Assembly: GCF_964204645.1 (NCBI RefSeq)
Contig: NC_134032.1
Span: forward strand, 3,806,175 to 3,870,174
Source of the DNA: Tubulanus polymorphus
Lineage: Eukaryota; Animalia; Nemertea
Reading direction: 5' to 3'
Length of the DNA stretch: 64,000 bases
Below, piece after piece: positions 38,460-50,935 of this stretch; the first letter of the stretch is position 1; each line of letters begins with the position of its first letter. The notes beneath the pieces are model-generated. The model worked only from the letters and a program-made list of their open reading frames with translations. It ran no database searches and was not told the DNA's origin. Both the position numbers and the translations under genes were made by a program.

Positions 38460-39405
38460 TTTAACCCACACAACTGTGAAATCGGATCCGAGTCAAATTA
38501 AACCTACACAACTGTGGATCTGGATCCAGAGTCAAATTAAACCCACGCAACTGTGGAACTGGATCCAGAGTCAAATTAAACAAACACAACTGTGAAATCG
38601 GATCCTGAGTTAAATTAAACCCACACAACTGTGGATCTGGATCCAGAGTCAAATTAAACTCACACAACTGTGGAACTGGATCCAGAGTCAAATTAAACAA
38701 ACACAACTGTGGAACTGGATCCAGAGTCAAATTAAACAAACACAACTGTGGAACTGGATCCAGAGTCAAATTAAACAAACACAACTGTGGAACTGGATCC
38801 AGAGTCAAATTAAACAAACACAACTGTGAAACTGGATTCTGAGTCAAATTAAACCCACAGAACTGTGGAACTGGGTTCACAGTAAAATTAAACCCACACA
38901 AATGTGGAACTGGGTCCAGAGACAAATTAAACCCACACAACTGTGAAATCGGATCCTGAGTCAAATTAAACCTACACAACTGTGGAACTGGATCCAGAGT
39001 CGAAATTAAACAAACACAACTGTGGAACTGGATCCATAGTCAAATTAAACAAACACAACTGTGGAACTGGATCCAGAGTCAAATTAAACAAAAACAACTT
39101 TGAAACTGGATCCTGAGTCAAATTAAACCCACAGAACTGTGGAACTGGGTCCACAGTAAAATTTAACCCACACAAATGTGGAACTGTGTACAGAGACAAA
39201 TTAAACCCACAGAACTGTGAAATCGGATCCTGAGTCAAATTAAACCTACACAACTGTGGAACTGGATCCAGAGTCAAATTAAACAAACACAACTGTGGAA
39301 CTGGATCCAGAGTAAAATTAAACCACATAACGGTGGAGCTGGATTGGAACAATTAAGTCCAGACAACTGTGGAATTGGGTCCAGAGTCAAATTAAACCCA
39401 CACCC
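38460..39405 (+). repeat. 39-bp minisatellite array 3
   Basis: Same unit, downstream of EF-hand copy 4. An internal higher-order block repeats at ~38855 and ~39128. Confidence 0.95.
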
Positions 39406-39936
39406 AGAGGCAAAATAAACTGGTCCTGGAAGTGATTCTGCCCTAGCATCGTTTCGATAGCATTGTTTAGTATCGAGTGAGTGGTTCACGCGCCCTCTTA
39501 TCGGGGACGGGACAAAATTTGACACGATCCATGCCAAACTATTTCTGTCTGATATTTTCTAACGGATAAAATCTATTTCTGAATCGGTTTGTACCGGATG
39601 ACACGCCGGCGTGGTTTGGTGCGACGGAATTCTGTACAGAAATAGATACTGAAGTCGACGGAGAGATTGACTACATATCGAATTTCATTACGCGGATGAG
39701 TTCGTTGCGGTAGCAGAAAATTTGTTTTTATTATGATACATGACTTCAGCGGGTTATTAACTGCAAGGTATAAGCTCATATCGATAGTTTAGAAAGATTA
39801 AGATTGATACTGTTACATTTCTAACATTTGAAACGAAATTATTCAAGATTTAAAATTAAAAAAAAAACAACACATGCATGAAGCTGCTTGACGGGGATAA
39901 TCAGGCGTGATGTCGTGCCGCCGTGGCTCATGGTGC

Positions 39937-40056
39937 CATCAGGTTCGAATCCCTACCGACGGAGGAACGTGGCAGTCTCCCGATGTCATCAGGTTCGAAT
40001 CCCTGCCGAGGGAGGAACGCGGCAGAGTCTCGCGATGCAATCAGGTTCGAATCCCT
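39937..40056 (+). repeat. Three tandem ~50-bp units each with a Pol III B-box
   Basis: ATCAGGTTCGAATCCCT occurs three times. Confidence 0.8.
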
Positions 40057-40320
40057 GAGAAGGATTATAATCTGCCTTTAGGCTCAACCGAGTTTTGGCA
40101 GAGCCTTATCTAACACGCAAAAGTTAATATATACATGTGGCAGTTACGAGTAAATATTTCAATGGCACGTACCGTTTATAACGACTGTAGTGCGATAACC
40201 TGTGCCAAATGCGGCACTACCGACGAGCGAGCTTTAATAGTCACGGGGGATTCCTACCAGAACAGATTACCTATACGTCAACCTGTTGCATTTTTATATA
40301 ACCAAAGGCTTTCGAATAAA

Positions 40321-41117
40321 ATTCCCAGAATAAATCCAAGACCTCGATATCGACAATAAGACGTTATCTAATCATATACGTTCCTTCGGCTTTGCTGTAA
40401 ACATGTTGTTCTTAGGATAGCAAGCTCAGTCTATCTACCCGCAATGGTGACTGGAAAGTAGCCTCATGACACCAGTCTCATTAAAAACTACCAAAAACAT
40501 AATCGTGACAATGTAAATAAAACCCGATCAAGACGTAAATATGTAAGTGTACAAACATGTATTCAATATTCACGTGTCTGTGCCGCTTTCTTACTGACGG
40601 TCTATCAATACGCATAGCACTGTCCGTTTGATTGCGATACATTCACGGACCTAACTCACTGTATATTAGAAACACATAACTGCTCCCAGTATAAAACTTA
40701 TAAAAACAGTGCAAATTCAGCACCAGATGTGGAGTACCAACTGCGCACCCCTTCATGGAGAACCCATCCTCATCGGAGCTGCACCGTCGATGTCATACAA
40801 ATACACTTCTTATACCCCAGGGCAATACTCTCATCTGGAAAATTTGCGTTTCGAAATGTGCTTTCTTCCTATCTAGTCAACACGCGGGATCATCAACTTA
40901 GAGGACTTCTACATCAACATCTACCCGTGAAAAAAAACACAATAAACTATCGGACTATTTACACGTAGAAAACGACCAAAAAATATAAAAATGGACAAAA
41001 CATGTGAAGCAACAGAAAACCCTAATTCCCGGAATAAATCCACGACCTCGATATCGACAATAAGCCGTTATCTAATCATAAACGTTCCTTCGGCTTTGCT
41101 GTAAACATGTTGTTCTT
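40321..41117 (+). repeat. 93-bp direct repeat pair (40321-40413, 41025-41117) around a small LINE 3' fragment
   Basis: Near-identical ATTCCCRGAATAAATCC...ACATGTTGTTCTT at both positions. Between them lies an SYKYT/FLYPRAI-like RT C-terminal remnant. Confidence 0.75.
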
Positions 41118-42074
41118 TCCTGTATTTTGGTATTCACGGTAGGTGCCCGCGTGACCTACGCTATTAACAATTAGTTCACCGTTTAATTCGTTATTAAGCT
41201 GTCCTAGAAAAAGCTATCATTCCACTACAGCTTGTTGAATATAAGTAACTCTTTCGTTTTTATGAGTTTTCAAAGGATTTGGAAATCGAATTTAACGAGC
41301 AATAGTTATTTTTTTCTGGATAAAATCGGGTAGATGTTAGATCCTATAACCGACTCGTCGCGCATGACTGTCTGGAATAACTCTAGATAAATGACTAAAA
41401 AATCGGGATTCGAACTGGCAAACACGAGAGTGTAAGCGTTGCTAGCTTCCGGAATCACCAATTTGGTAACTACATGTAGTCTTACACTAAGCTACCGTAT
41501 TTTAAGAAAGAAAAATTCTATGTCCCAACTGCAAATAACAGTGTAACTAGCCCCTAGAAAGTCTTGAGAGAGGGCCTTTTTTATAAGTTGTTATGGAGCA
41601 GAATTTAGTCCATGTATGTCTCCAACGACAGCCAAGGTGGTTTCGAACTAGGGACCTATTTGTTCCCAGTCAACCATTCAACAAACTGAGCTAACTGCAC
41701 AGGACGATAAATCAGGGATATTTCGTACAATTCCACTTTAAGAAGTAGATCATCCATGAATTATTTCATCAAGGCAGGAAGAAGCTATTGTCACGGAATT
41801 GACCGGTTTAGCTGGCTAATATTAGGCCTAATACGTCTGGCGATTAGTTACACAATAGGATGATTCATCTGATATTTCTGTAAAGAAAGGTTTTCAATTG
41901 AAAAAACGACAATCAAATTACGATTACAATAACTTTAACAAATAGATAAATAAAGACGTCGATATAGCTAGTTTATGTCACTGGTAAGATCGGAGTCAAA
42001 CCGGTTCTTTTTCATTAGGCGTTCGATTATACTTTCTCACATTGTGCGAGAGAAAAATCTGAATCCGAACGACG

Positions 42075-43021
42075 ATGAATTCTAGCAGCGATATCGCCGC
42101 TATGATCAGTCGACCTTACAACAGCTATATAATTCTGATGTCCACGGTGAACGAGACGGGTCGCACGCGTCTACGTACTTTCGCTGATATTGTTACCGAT
42201 ACTATTCGCGTCGGGTGCGTTCGGGAACACGTGCACTTTGCCGACAGTTCCGCGCTTTGTCCTATTCGAATTATCTCATAATGTTGTCGGATTAGCGATA
42301 TGCTCGTCTGCATCGCTTTGGAGGCGATGCCGCTGTTGCATTTCTGGCTACGGGAACTAGGCTTCGGCGGCGTGCCTCTAAACAGCGCGGCCGCCTGCGC
42401 CGTCTATGAGGTCGTGTTCCTCGCGTCGTACTGTAACAGTTCCTGGCTCGTCGTCGCTATATCGCTCGAACGTCTGGCCGTCGTTTCGTTCCCGCTGTCG
42501 CTGCGCCTAATCTGCAGGAGAACCTTCGCCCGAAGCGCCGTGGCTTGCGTCACGGTCGGCTACTTCGCCGTGTCGTCGGGCTTCTTCTTCAGCGTACGGT
42601 ATCGCTGGGTTGTTACACCGTACCGGGTCGGCACGACGAATACATGACCGCCGTCGGAAGTCTATGTTACATCGTACCGCAGTTCCTGATCGGGGCGGCT
42701 AACACGGCTATCGTGGTTCTACTCTTCGCGCGTAAAGGCCCGCGCTCGACCGATAAGAAGTCGGCCACCGCTACCCGCATGACCGTCATGCTGGTCACCG
42801 TATCCGTCGTTTTTACGGCTACGACTTTCCCGTCGATGATAATCTGGTTGCTAAACATGCTGGGAGTTCACGCGGTCGTGGACGAGAGAATGGTAGAGGT
42901 CGCCTCGCGTCTACAAGCCCTTAACTACTGTATCAATTTCTACGTATATCTCCTACTGGGCAAAGACATGCGCGCGTGTTTTTGTCAAAATGTCTGTAAA
43001 TGTTCAACGATTCGTCAGTAA
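42075..43021 (+). pseudogene. GC-rich intronless class A GPCR pseudogene (paralog of 59460-60417)
   Basis: Pieces in several frames: RPYNSYIILM, GAFGN, SWLVVAISLERLAVVSFP, TFP, LNYCINFYVYLLLG. At least three frameshifts plus a deletion after TM1. Confidence 0.85.
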
Positions 43022-43191
43022 TGTCGTTTACAATCAACACAAGACCGTAAATGCAGGTAGTGCGCAGGTAGTGCATTCTATGGCCAAAAGATACCTTTTC
43101 GTCCACGGCCGTTTAGCGCTATTCGTCCAGATTACACTATAACTTATATATCGATAACCCAAAAATTATCAGTAAGTTATAGAAAGTTGCC

Positions 43192-43728
43192 ATAAGACTG
43201 TCAGTAAGATATATACCCCAGAAAGCTGCTATTAGACTGAATCAGTAAGATATATACCCCAGAAAGCAGCTATAAGACTGTGTCAGTAAGATATATACCA
43301 CAGAAAGCTGCTATAAGACTGTATCAGTAAGATATATACCTCAGAAAGCTGCTGTAAGACTGTCAGTAAGATATATAACCCAGAAAGCTGCTATTAGACT
43401 GTATCAGTAAGATATATACTTCAGAAAGCTGCTGTAAGACTGTCAGTAAGATATATACCCCAGAAAGCTGCTATAAGTCTGCATCAGTAAGATATATACC
43501 CCAGAAAGCTGCTATAAGTCTGCGTCAGTAAGATGTATACCCCAGAAAACTGTTATTAGACCGTGCCAGTAAGATATATACCCCAGAAAGCTGCTATAAG
43601 ACTGTATCAGTAAGATATATACCTCAGAAAGCTGCTATTAGACTGTGCAAGTAAGATATATACCTCAGAAAGCTGCTATAAGACTGTCAGAAGGATATAT
43701 ACCCCAGAGAAATGCTATAAGACTGTGT
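43192..43728 (+). repeat. 38-40 bp minisatellite (~14 units; CAGTAAGATATATACCCCAGAAAGCTGCTATAAGACTGT)
   Basis: Direct tandem units. Confidence 0.95.
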
Positions 43729-44781
43729 CATTTAGGAGCAATAAGAGATAAAATAGAGGATGTTTTTGACGAAGATCAAATTGAAATCTATCGGCCAATT
43801 TCTCTGTCAATCCAATATACGGTCGTCAGTCATCACAGGGTTTATCTCTACATTGGTGGAGATCACCAAACTGCGGGCATTTCACACAAAAACAGAATCC
43901 GTTTATCCGAATAGAAAAAAAGCTAAACAACTAAAAACAGCAAGCAACGTGAACACAACTGATCTAATATTTATTAAACATTTAAGAAAGAGGAATAAGG
44001 TAAAAAGACAGCCGCCAGTTTGTATCGTGGAGTATTTTGAATGTCCTTAAATTGACAAAGATTTTCGCCGATTTTATTGAAAATATTCTAGCAATAACCT
44101 TAGGGTATCATTAACAAACCGACCAATCAAACCCGCCGGGAACGAAACAGAGGTTGGATTTTGAAATCTGTAATCGATGTACAGTTTATGTCGTTGCAGG
44201 ATCGGTCCAATTCACAGAATTTTTTGTCAATCGTAAATTTCGTATCCAGTTCGTGTAAACAATCTTCCAACCAGCCTGAACCGGTCAGCGACTGATTGTG
44301 GTTTACATTATTAGCCAACAGTGTGTCATCAATTCTTAGTACCGAAAAAAATATGTACAGTATTAAGCTAAATATGTAATGGTGATGGTGCGAATTTTAA
44401 AAACTTTTAAGTCCGATTGCTACCTGATGAAGTTCAACTCAAATTCATGGTTTTATTACAATTTTATAATTCGCCACCTGGTGTTTTCGATGAGAACAGG
44501 AATTCAAACTTAACCGCTTTTTAGGTTTATACTTTTTCAGGAAACTGGACCCTGGGCCAAGGGCGCAGTCGTGGGGTTAGATTAAGGACCAATTTTACAC
44601 CTTAGTTCTATAATTAATCTAACAACTCAAGACCAGTCTATGACCTGGTCTTAAGATTTAAGACCACTTTTTACTTATCGTATCGCCCCTTGTTAAAAAT
44701 TTGGAGTCGCAAAATGTAAAGCTAATGGTGAAAAAAAAAACCAATTCGACGGTGAAAAAGCTCCTTTTTGAGGACCACAAC

Positions 44782-45775
44782 TCAAGCCCTGGCGGCCGAG
44801 CTAGCCGATGACTTATTGGTCGATAGAGTTTGACACCTTAACATGTAGGACAACTGGTTTCTGAAATTCGGGCTGTGAATGCAGTAGATGTAACCGTTGA
44901 TCGCGTGTCCGATCACGTGCAGAAGTTGTGCCGACGAGTCGAACATGATCAGGGAGTGCAGGAGGCTCGTGCAGGCTAACTTGATGTAATTGTAGTGATC
45001 CTAGACGAATAAATTCACGCAAAACGGTACGTTCAAAACCAGAAACGATACCGACACGGACATCAGCGTCACCGTCAGTTCTTTCTCTTTCGTGGCTGCG
45101 GTCATCTCCGAGGTGGACGCCGCCGCTCGCAGCAGCGTCATCACGATCGCCGTGTTGAACAGAAACAGGGTCGGTATCGGCAGATAGAATAGTAAATTGT
45201 TGATGACGTGCGACCAGAAGTCGTACAGAGGCTCGCCTATGTGATTGCTCGACAAACAGGCGAACTGGTCGCAGATTTTGATGGTATCGTAAAACACGTA
45301 AGCCGGTCCTCCTCCTAGACAGGCCAGAACGAATATAGCCACCGTGATTGCGATGGCTTTTTTCACCGTGCAGAATTCGGTAGCTTTGAACGGGAATAGC
45401 ACGACGAACGATCGGCGGTCATCGCTATAATCGTCCAGGTGCCCGCCGTATTCGCGGTGAACAGCCAGGCTTGCATCAGTTTTCAAACGTTCTCGTTTTC
45501 GTGGCCGTACGCCAAAACGGGTCGCATAAACAGGTAAACCGTGTCGACGGCCGCTATAGAGCACATGTACCACGAGGCAGAGCTACGCAAGGCCTGACCC
45601 CGGGCGCCAACAGGGCCAGGACGTTCCCGACGATGCCGATTGCCGCAACGACGTAAATAGCGTAACGACCGAGGATGTAAAACATGTTCACGTAGAACGG
45701 GTTGCACAGTAAATTCGTCTTGGCCATTTCGCAAAATTCTGCGGTGAAACCGCCGGCGCTCGCGTTCGTCATCAT
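44782..45775 (-). pseudogene. GC-rich intronless class A GPCR pseudogene
   Basis: GIVGNVL, IAAVDTVYL, VLFPFKA..FCT, YLPIP.LFLFN, LNVP, then a premature TAG at 45001-45003 and HAINGYIYC...FR to a stop at 44782. Several frameshifts. Confidence 0.85.
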
Positions 45776-45984
45776 GGCTGGTCTCGAGATAGTTTAGCTC
45801 TTCTTATTCTAAAGCTGCTGGAATCGACTTCGTTCTAAAAAAGATTGAGAATAGAGAATGAAATTATTCGTATACGGAGAGATGTAATTTGTAGCTATCC
45901 GCAGATATGGGTGAGTCATGTAACACTGACGGTCAGCCGCGGGTTCAACGGGATTCGAACCCATTCGAGTCCAACCCCGCGTAG

Positions 45985-46040
45985 CACGGGCTCAATGGGG
46001 TTCGACCCCACCTCATCTGGTTTGAGAGTCAAGCATTTTG
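45985..46040 (-). mobile_element. tRNA-derived SINE head remnant
   Basis: The minus strand TAGTCGTAGAGG...GACTCTCAAACC...GGGTCGAACCCC has a tRNA-like layout. Similar heads occur at ~30840-30885 (-) and ~41640-41700 (-). Confidence 0.45.
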
Positions 46041-48739
46041 ATTCCCTCTACGACTAATCTTTCTCATCAATTCCTTGCGATGTCAATTCAACACGTCCAT
46101 TTTTTTGATACCGCTGTGTGATACCGCTTTATGGACGCTTGACACAATCGAACCGGTGACAGTCAGCTCATTATCGTGATCTAACGAAACGCGAGCCGAA
46201 TTGAGAGTGTTTAAAGAGACACTTTTATTATACGAAATAATTCACCAGGTTCTGAATACTGTCTAAAAAGAGTCTACGTACTCAACACCAGCGATGTATA
46301 CAAATTAGCGTAATTTTATGTTTCACTGAAACACTTAACTCTCAAGTTGGTTTTTACTACAGACCAGGATTCGACAAATCACGATGTAGATCACACATAA
46401 ATTAATCTGTGGAACTGAGTGAAATTAACCCCAGACGAATGCGGAACTGGATTTAAAAGGCAAAATATAGCTGCACAGCAGCGATAACGGGTTTCTGCCT
46501 AATTGGTTCATATGTCGAACTGGGAAGCGTACGAAGATTTCATCGAAATAATTCTAGCCCATAACATATGACTATTGCCAAGAAGCGCAACCTGGGTCAA
46601 CATTATGCTGGATATGTGGATATAAGGAGTCGATTTGTCAAAGCATCGAAGCAATACAGTCCAACTTGTTTATGTCTCAGATGGAGCGCGCGGGACAGGG
46701 CCGTCATTATACTAGTGACTTATCCAAATTACACCTTCACAGCGCAAAGTCTTTCAGTGTGTAAACTCCGTCGTACTCGGCATTAAAGGACAGTGAGGAA
46801 TTGAATTTTAGCCACCTAAGCCCTTGGCTTGATTCGAGCAAAAGACCTCAAATGACTTCACAGAATTTGATTATGAGTCTAGGACTTTCTTAATTTTTGA
46901 AGAATGCTTTCTCTGGTTTTGAGAGCAATTAAAATTCACTCCTGAATACATAAGTAAAAAATTAGTCAAATAGATTCTTATTTTATTGAAAGAAATTCTA
47001 CTGAACACAGATTTTGAAATGAATTATTTTTCGATTGATCCAGACGAAATAATTACAGCTAAATCAACTGACGATCAACAAGGTGGAGTTTTCATTTATC
47101 TCCAGATAATTTGTCTACCCCTGATGATACAAGCATTTTGGCGACATCTTTTGAAACCTCAACGCTTTATCTGTGCGCGTCAATTAGTCAGCCACAGTCG
47201 ATTTTCATGCCATCTGACCTCTTTCCACCTGTAATTAAGCAATCTAATGTATGAATTACTCAGTTTTGTAATAAAATGGAGCAGTGAAAGAAAGTATAAT
47301 AAATATTTAAATCGTGCATTTGTCGTAAAACATCTATTACTACTGTCTCGCAGAGCATAGGCACCGACCGTTAAGCCATGTGGAATTGGTATTTTAAGGG
47401 CTATTCGGTTTACTCCAAAACAAGTCTCTGATAAACTTTTAAAAGCTTCATATCAAGGGTATATGGTAGGACTCTTGATGCTCGTGAAAATTCATCCCAT
47501 AATAACAATGAATCCAATTCTGCATGTACACTAGCACAACTGATTACTGAAATGAGTATTTTAAACATGACGTTAGAAAGAAAACAAATTCACAAAACAT
47601 CAAGTACTTACATTACTGAGACGCTTAATTTGAAACGTACACTTGCACAATGCGGTTTAAATATATTCCCACCAGCTGCAAGAATTGGCAAAGGAACCGA
47701 AGACCGCAGTGACCAGTTCATTCCACGATTAATAGCTGGAAAGAAAGTTATCGTAATAAATTGTCGGATACATAAGTGTAAACCAGTCCCTTACTAACTA
47801 CTAAGGCTTTCCAGTTGCTCAGTACACACTACATTAAGGGCCTAGATCTATTCTAGGCGTATCCCCCCAAAAAGCTAGGCATTAGGCAAGTAGGTAGCCA
47901 ACAATGATCATTGCTTTGCCGAGTACTCATTTGCTATCATATGTACTCATATCATAGCACCACCAAGTGGAAAGGTAACCTTAACTGCATTTAGACCAAG
48001 AAATCATGTCTAACATTCCCTGGTTAGTGGATTCCCAGCTCAAATTGCATAAACTCTGCTGTCGTTGTCATCGATCCGAGTCGTCAAGTGAACGCGGAAG
48101 TAAAATTCCATAAGAAAATCCCTACCATTCCTGGCCATATTATGGTGATTTGAGCCAGAAATCTTCAGGAAATGTAGCCAACGTAAATTGATTTACTAAT
48201 AGAATTAATCTATTAGGATGTACTTTTATCAATGGATGACAATGCTTTGCGTTATTCTTGTCACTGTTTAGACCCGGTAATTATGCCGGATTAATTCGTA
48301 ATAGATTACTATACGCAAATTCGAAATGGTCAGGCGCTGAGTTATATTTCTGACAGAATTTAAAATTACGTTTATAAGCTGTTGGTAGTCGAATCTGAGA
48401 GGAGTTACATTTTATGAAAAATTTCTGGCTGGAAAGTGGACCATTTAAAATAATAATAATCAACAGAAATACAAGAGGGTTTCTGCGAAAGCAGCAGAAA
48501 CCCTAATGGAATTCAGAATAAAAGAACTTTTACTTCGTTATATTTCTAAAATTCAAACCTAAGTTCACCCCAAACAAAACAGAAATAGAACCAGACATTA
48601 GATATTTTATCAGCAGACTTTCAGAAGTGATCACGAAGACTGAAACACTTGTGGTTCCAGAATACAGACAGTTACCAGCAATGCTGGACCCTCATTACTA
48701 CAAAACTCACCTACCGACAACATCATCTCAGCTTCACCC

Positions 48740-48940
48740 GCAAAGAGACACATATACATTTATGCTGGGTAAGCATAACTAATTTACAAAAGTTACTTAG
48801 TTTTACCGCCAGTTTGCGCGTATTGAAAAGTTCCCCGAGGTTTTCTATTGTTGGTACCCCCCAATAGTGACGCGAGAATGGGCGCGCTCTTTCATTCGCA
48901 TATACAGGGCATTCTAAAATAATATCCTCTTCGTTCAATT
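48740..48940 (-). mobile_element. LINE ORF2 C-terminal remnant (L2/CR1 group)
   Basis: EEDIILECPVYANER...ELFN...KLSNFCK. Confidence 0.6.
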
Positions 48941-49555
48941 CAGTAATGTTCAAAATGTTCGGGCTGTAGGTTCCGAATGAGGGTAGCAGAAAATCCACTT
49001 TCACAAAATATCGCCTGTATTCAACTCTATATTCAAATTGAAAATCTCACCAGACAGCCACGAGCGGGCAGGTGTTTGTTTAAAGTTGTTTATATTACAA
49101 TCAGTTGAACACGCGTGGTTAGCGTTTTCGTCTATAGATTATAATTGTCAGAGGAAAGAGGCTTATTTTTCATAGTCTGTATTCATTGTTCAGGTCCAGT
49201 ATCTTCTTCTTATGTATTCTTTTTTGGGATAGATTATTCCAGGCGATTTTCATACTTATAAACGATTTAGTTCGGTGATAAGTTCAGGCAATCGGATTTC
49301 AGAAATTTAAACAATACCAGCTGTGAAGATGTGTTGGACCAATCTGACTGAAACACCTTGCACCTTTCATACCTACGCATTCCTAGATATGGGAGAGTTG
49401 AAAGTTTTTGGAAAAAGCCAATGAAATTATTCATATATGACGTAATCAGTTAAAACCAATCAGATTTTTAGAGGCGGATCCAGTTTTTAGGATACATTAT
49501 GAGTATTTGGTGTCATCCGCCGCATTCACCTGAGAATTCCATCTCACACGAGATC

Positions 49556-50935
49556 ATGAACGCGATCAACATTTTACTGGTCGGTGTTTTCTGTCTCGTC
49601 GTCACCGATGAGGTTTTCACCGAGTTCCGCTTTCAACAATTTACTCGACTGCCAGAAAGTTTGATCGGCGACAAACAGAGCGAAAAAAAAGCTCACAAAA
49701 CTGGGCGAAAACAAACCACATAATCGCGAACAGAAATGTTCGTAACATCATCAAGTGCGCTCGTGATTGTGTGAATGATCAGAAATGTTCAGCCATGTCG
49801 TTCAACCGGTAAGTTATTTGCCTACAATATTTGCATCCCGGGATGCATCAAAGGGGATGCGTAGAAAACGAAATCTACAGAAAACTTTTCATGATTCGAA
49901 CCCAAAAATCCGATAAGGGGGTCGCTCGAACCAGTCAGACAAGGCGCATTTATGACATCTCAGGACGACGCTGTATTCAAAACGGATCGTTCTTTGTTTT
50001 GGCGTGCCAAAACGGACCTTTTTAGGAAAATTGGACGCTTTTTTACTTCTGGCTGGATACAATCATTTGCTCGAATTTGTCGATGTGAGCGAGCTTACGA
50101 CTGGTTAGCGTCCATCTATCTCCAGTTCCAACCAGTTGCTCATGTTCTACTTTTGAGCAACTAGTTGTACTCAGTTGCTCTCATATCCGTCGATGTGAGC
50201 GCTCCATAATCAACAACACATGGTTGTAACTGACTAAAACAAAGCTATTTGTCACGTGACTTGTGATGCCCTCAAGAATATTTGCTAAACCACATCTCAG
50301 TCGCTGTCGATGTGTGCGCTATGGACCTAGCGACCGGCATGAGCCACGCAGTTGCTGGGGTTTACTAAATTTTCGATGTGCGCGGGGTACTCGCTCACTA
50401 GCAACTAGTTGTCTCCAGTCGCTTTGTCGATGTGCGCTAGGCTTAACATCTCCTCAAAAACGACACACTGTTGTATGTTCTTATTTCAGCTGGTGTAGTC
50501 GTGCGACCAAATCTGCGCAAAGTTTGTTATTTCTTCGATTTTGAGAAAGTTGATACTGAACGTGGAACCGTGTACGGAGAGGGAGCCAATATGACGGCTT
50601 TCGATTATGAAACAGGGAACAACGTGAATCTTACACTTGTCGAATGTGTTAACAACAGCCAAGCTGTAAACTCGTCGATTCAATACCTGCAATTACATTT
50701 TTACATGGGGAGAGAACGGATGATGGTATCGATATGAAAAGCTACTCGATTTCTCAATTTGTCGGTGGAATTGGTGCCTGGTCAGTTTACGTGGAGAGAT
50801 ACTTGATGTTCTATCTGAGAGTAGACGTAAAGTTGAGTTTGGAAAATTTCCGGAGAAAAAGATACTAGAGTTCGATGGTAGTCAATTCGGAAGTTTGGTA
50901 TTGAGGAACTCGACATTGAATTAAACAAAGAACAT
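49556..50935 (+). pseudogene. Secreted PAN/Apple-domain protein gene, disrupted (exon 49556-49808; exon from 50490)
   Basis: Signal peptide MNAINILLVGVFCLVV. After a frameshift in an A8 run (49683-49690): RNIIKCARDCVNDQKCSAMSFN, donor at 49809, then KVCYFFD in the next exon. Further phase conflicts and stops follow. Confidence 0.55.

Noticed and set aside
27390-39537. ORFs with 13-aa repeats (CGFNLTLDPVPQL / QSQIKPTQLWNWI) and a CRISPR-like appearance
   Set aside because: These are translations of a 39-bp (3n) satellite. Units are contiguous with no unique spacers, there are no cas genes, the context is eukaryotic, and arrays contain frameshifting indels.
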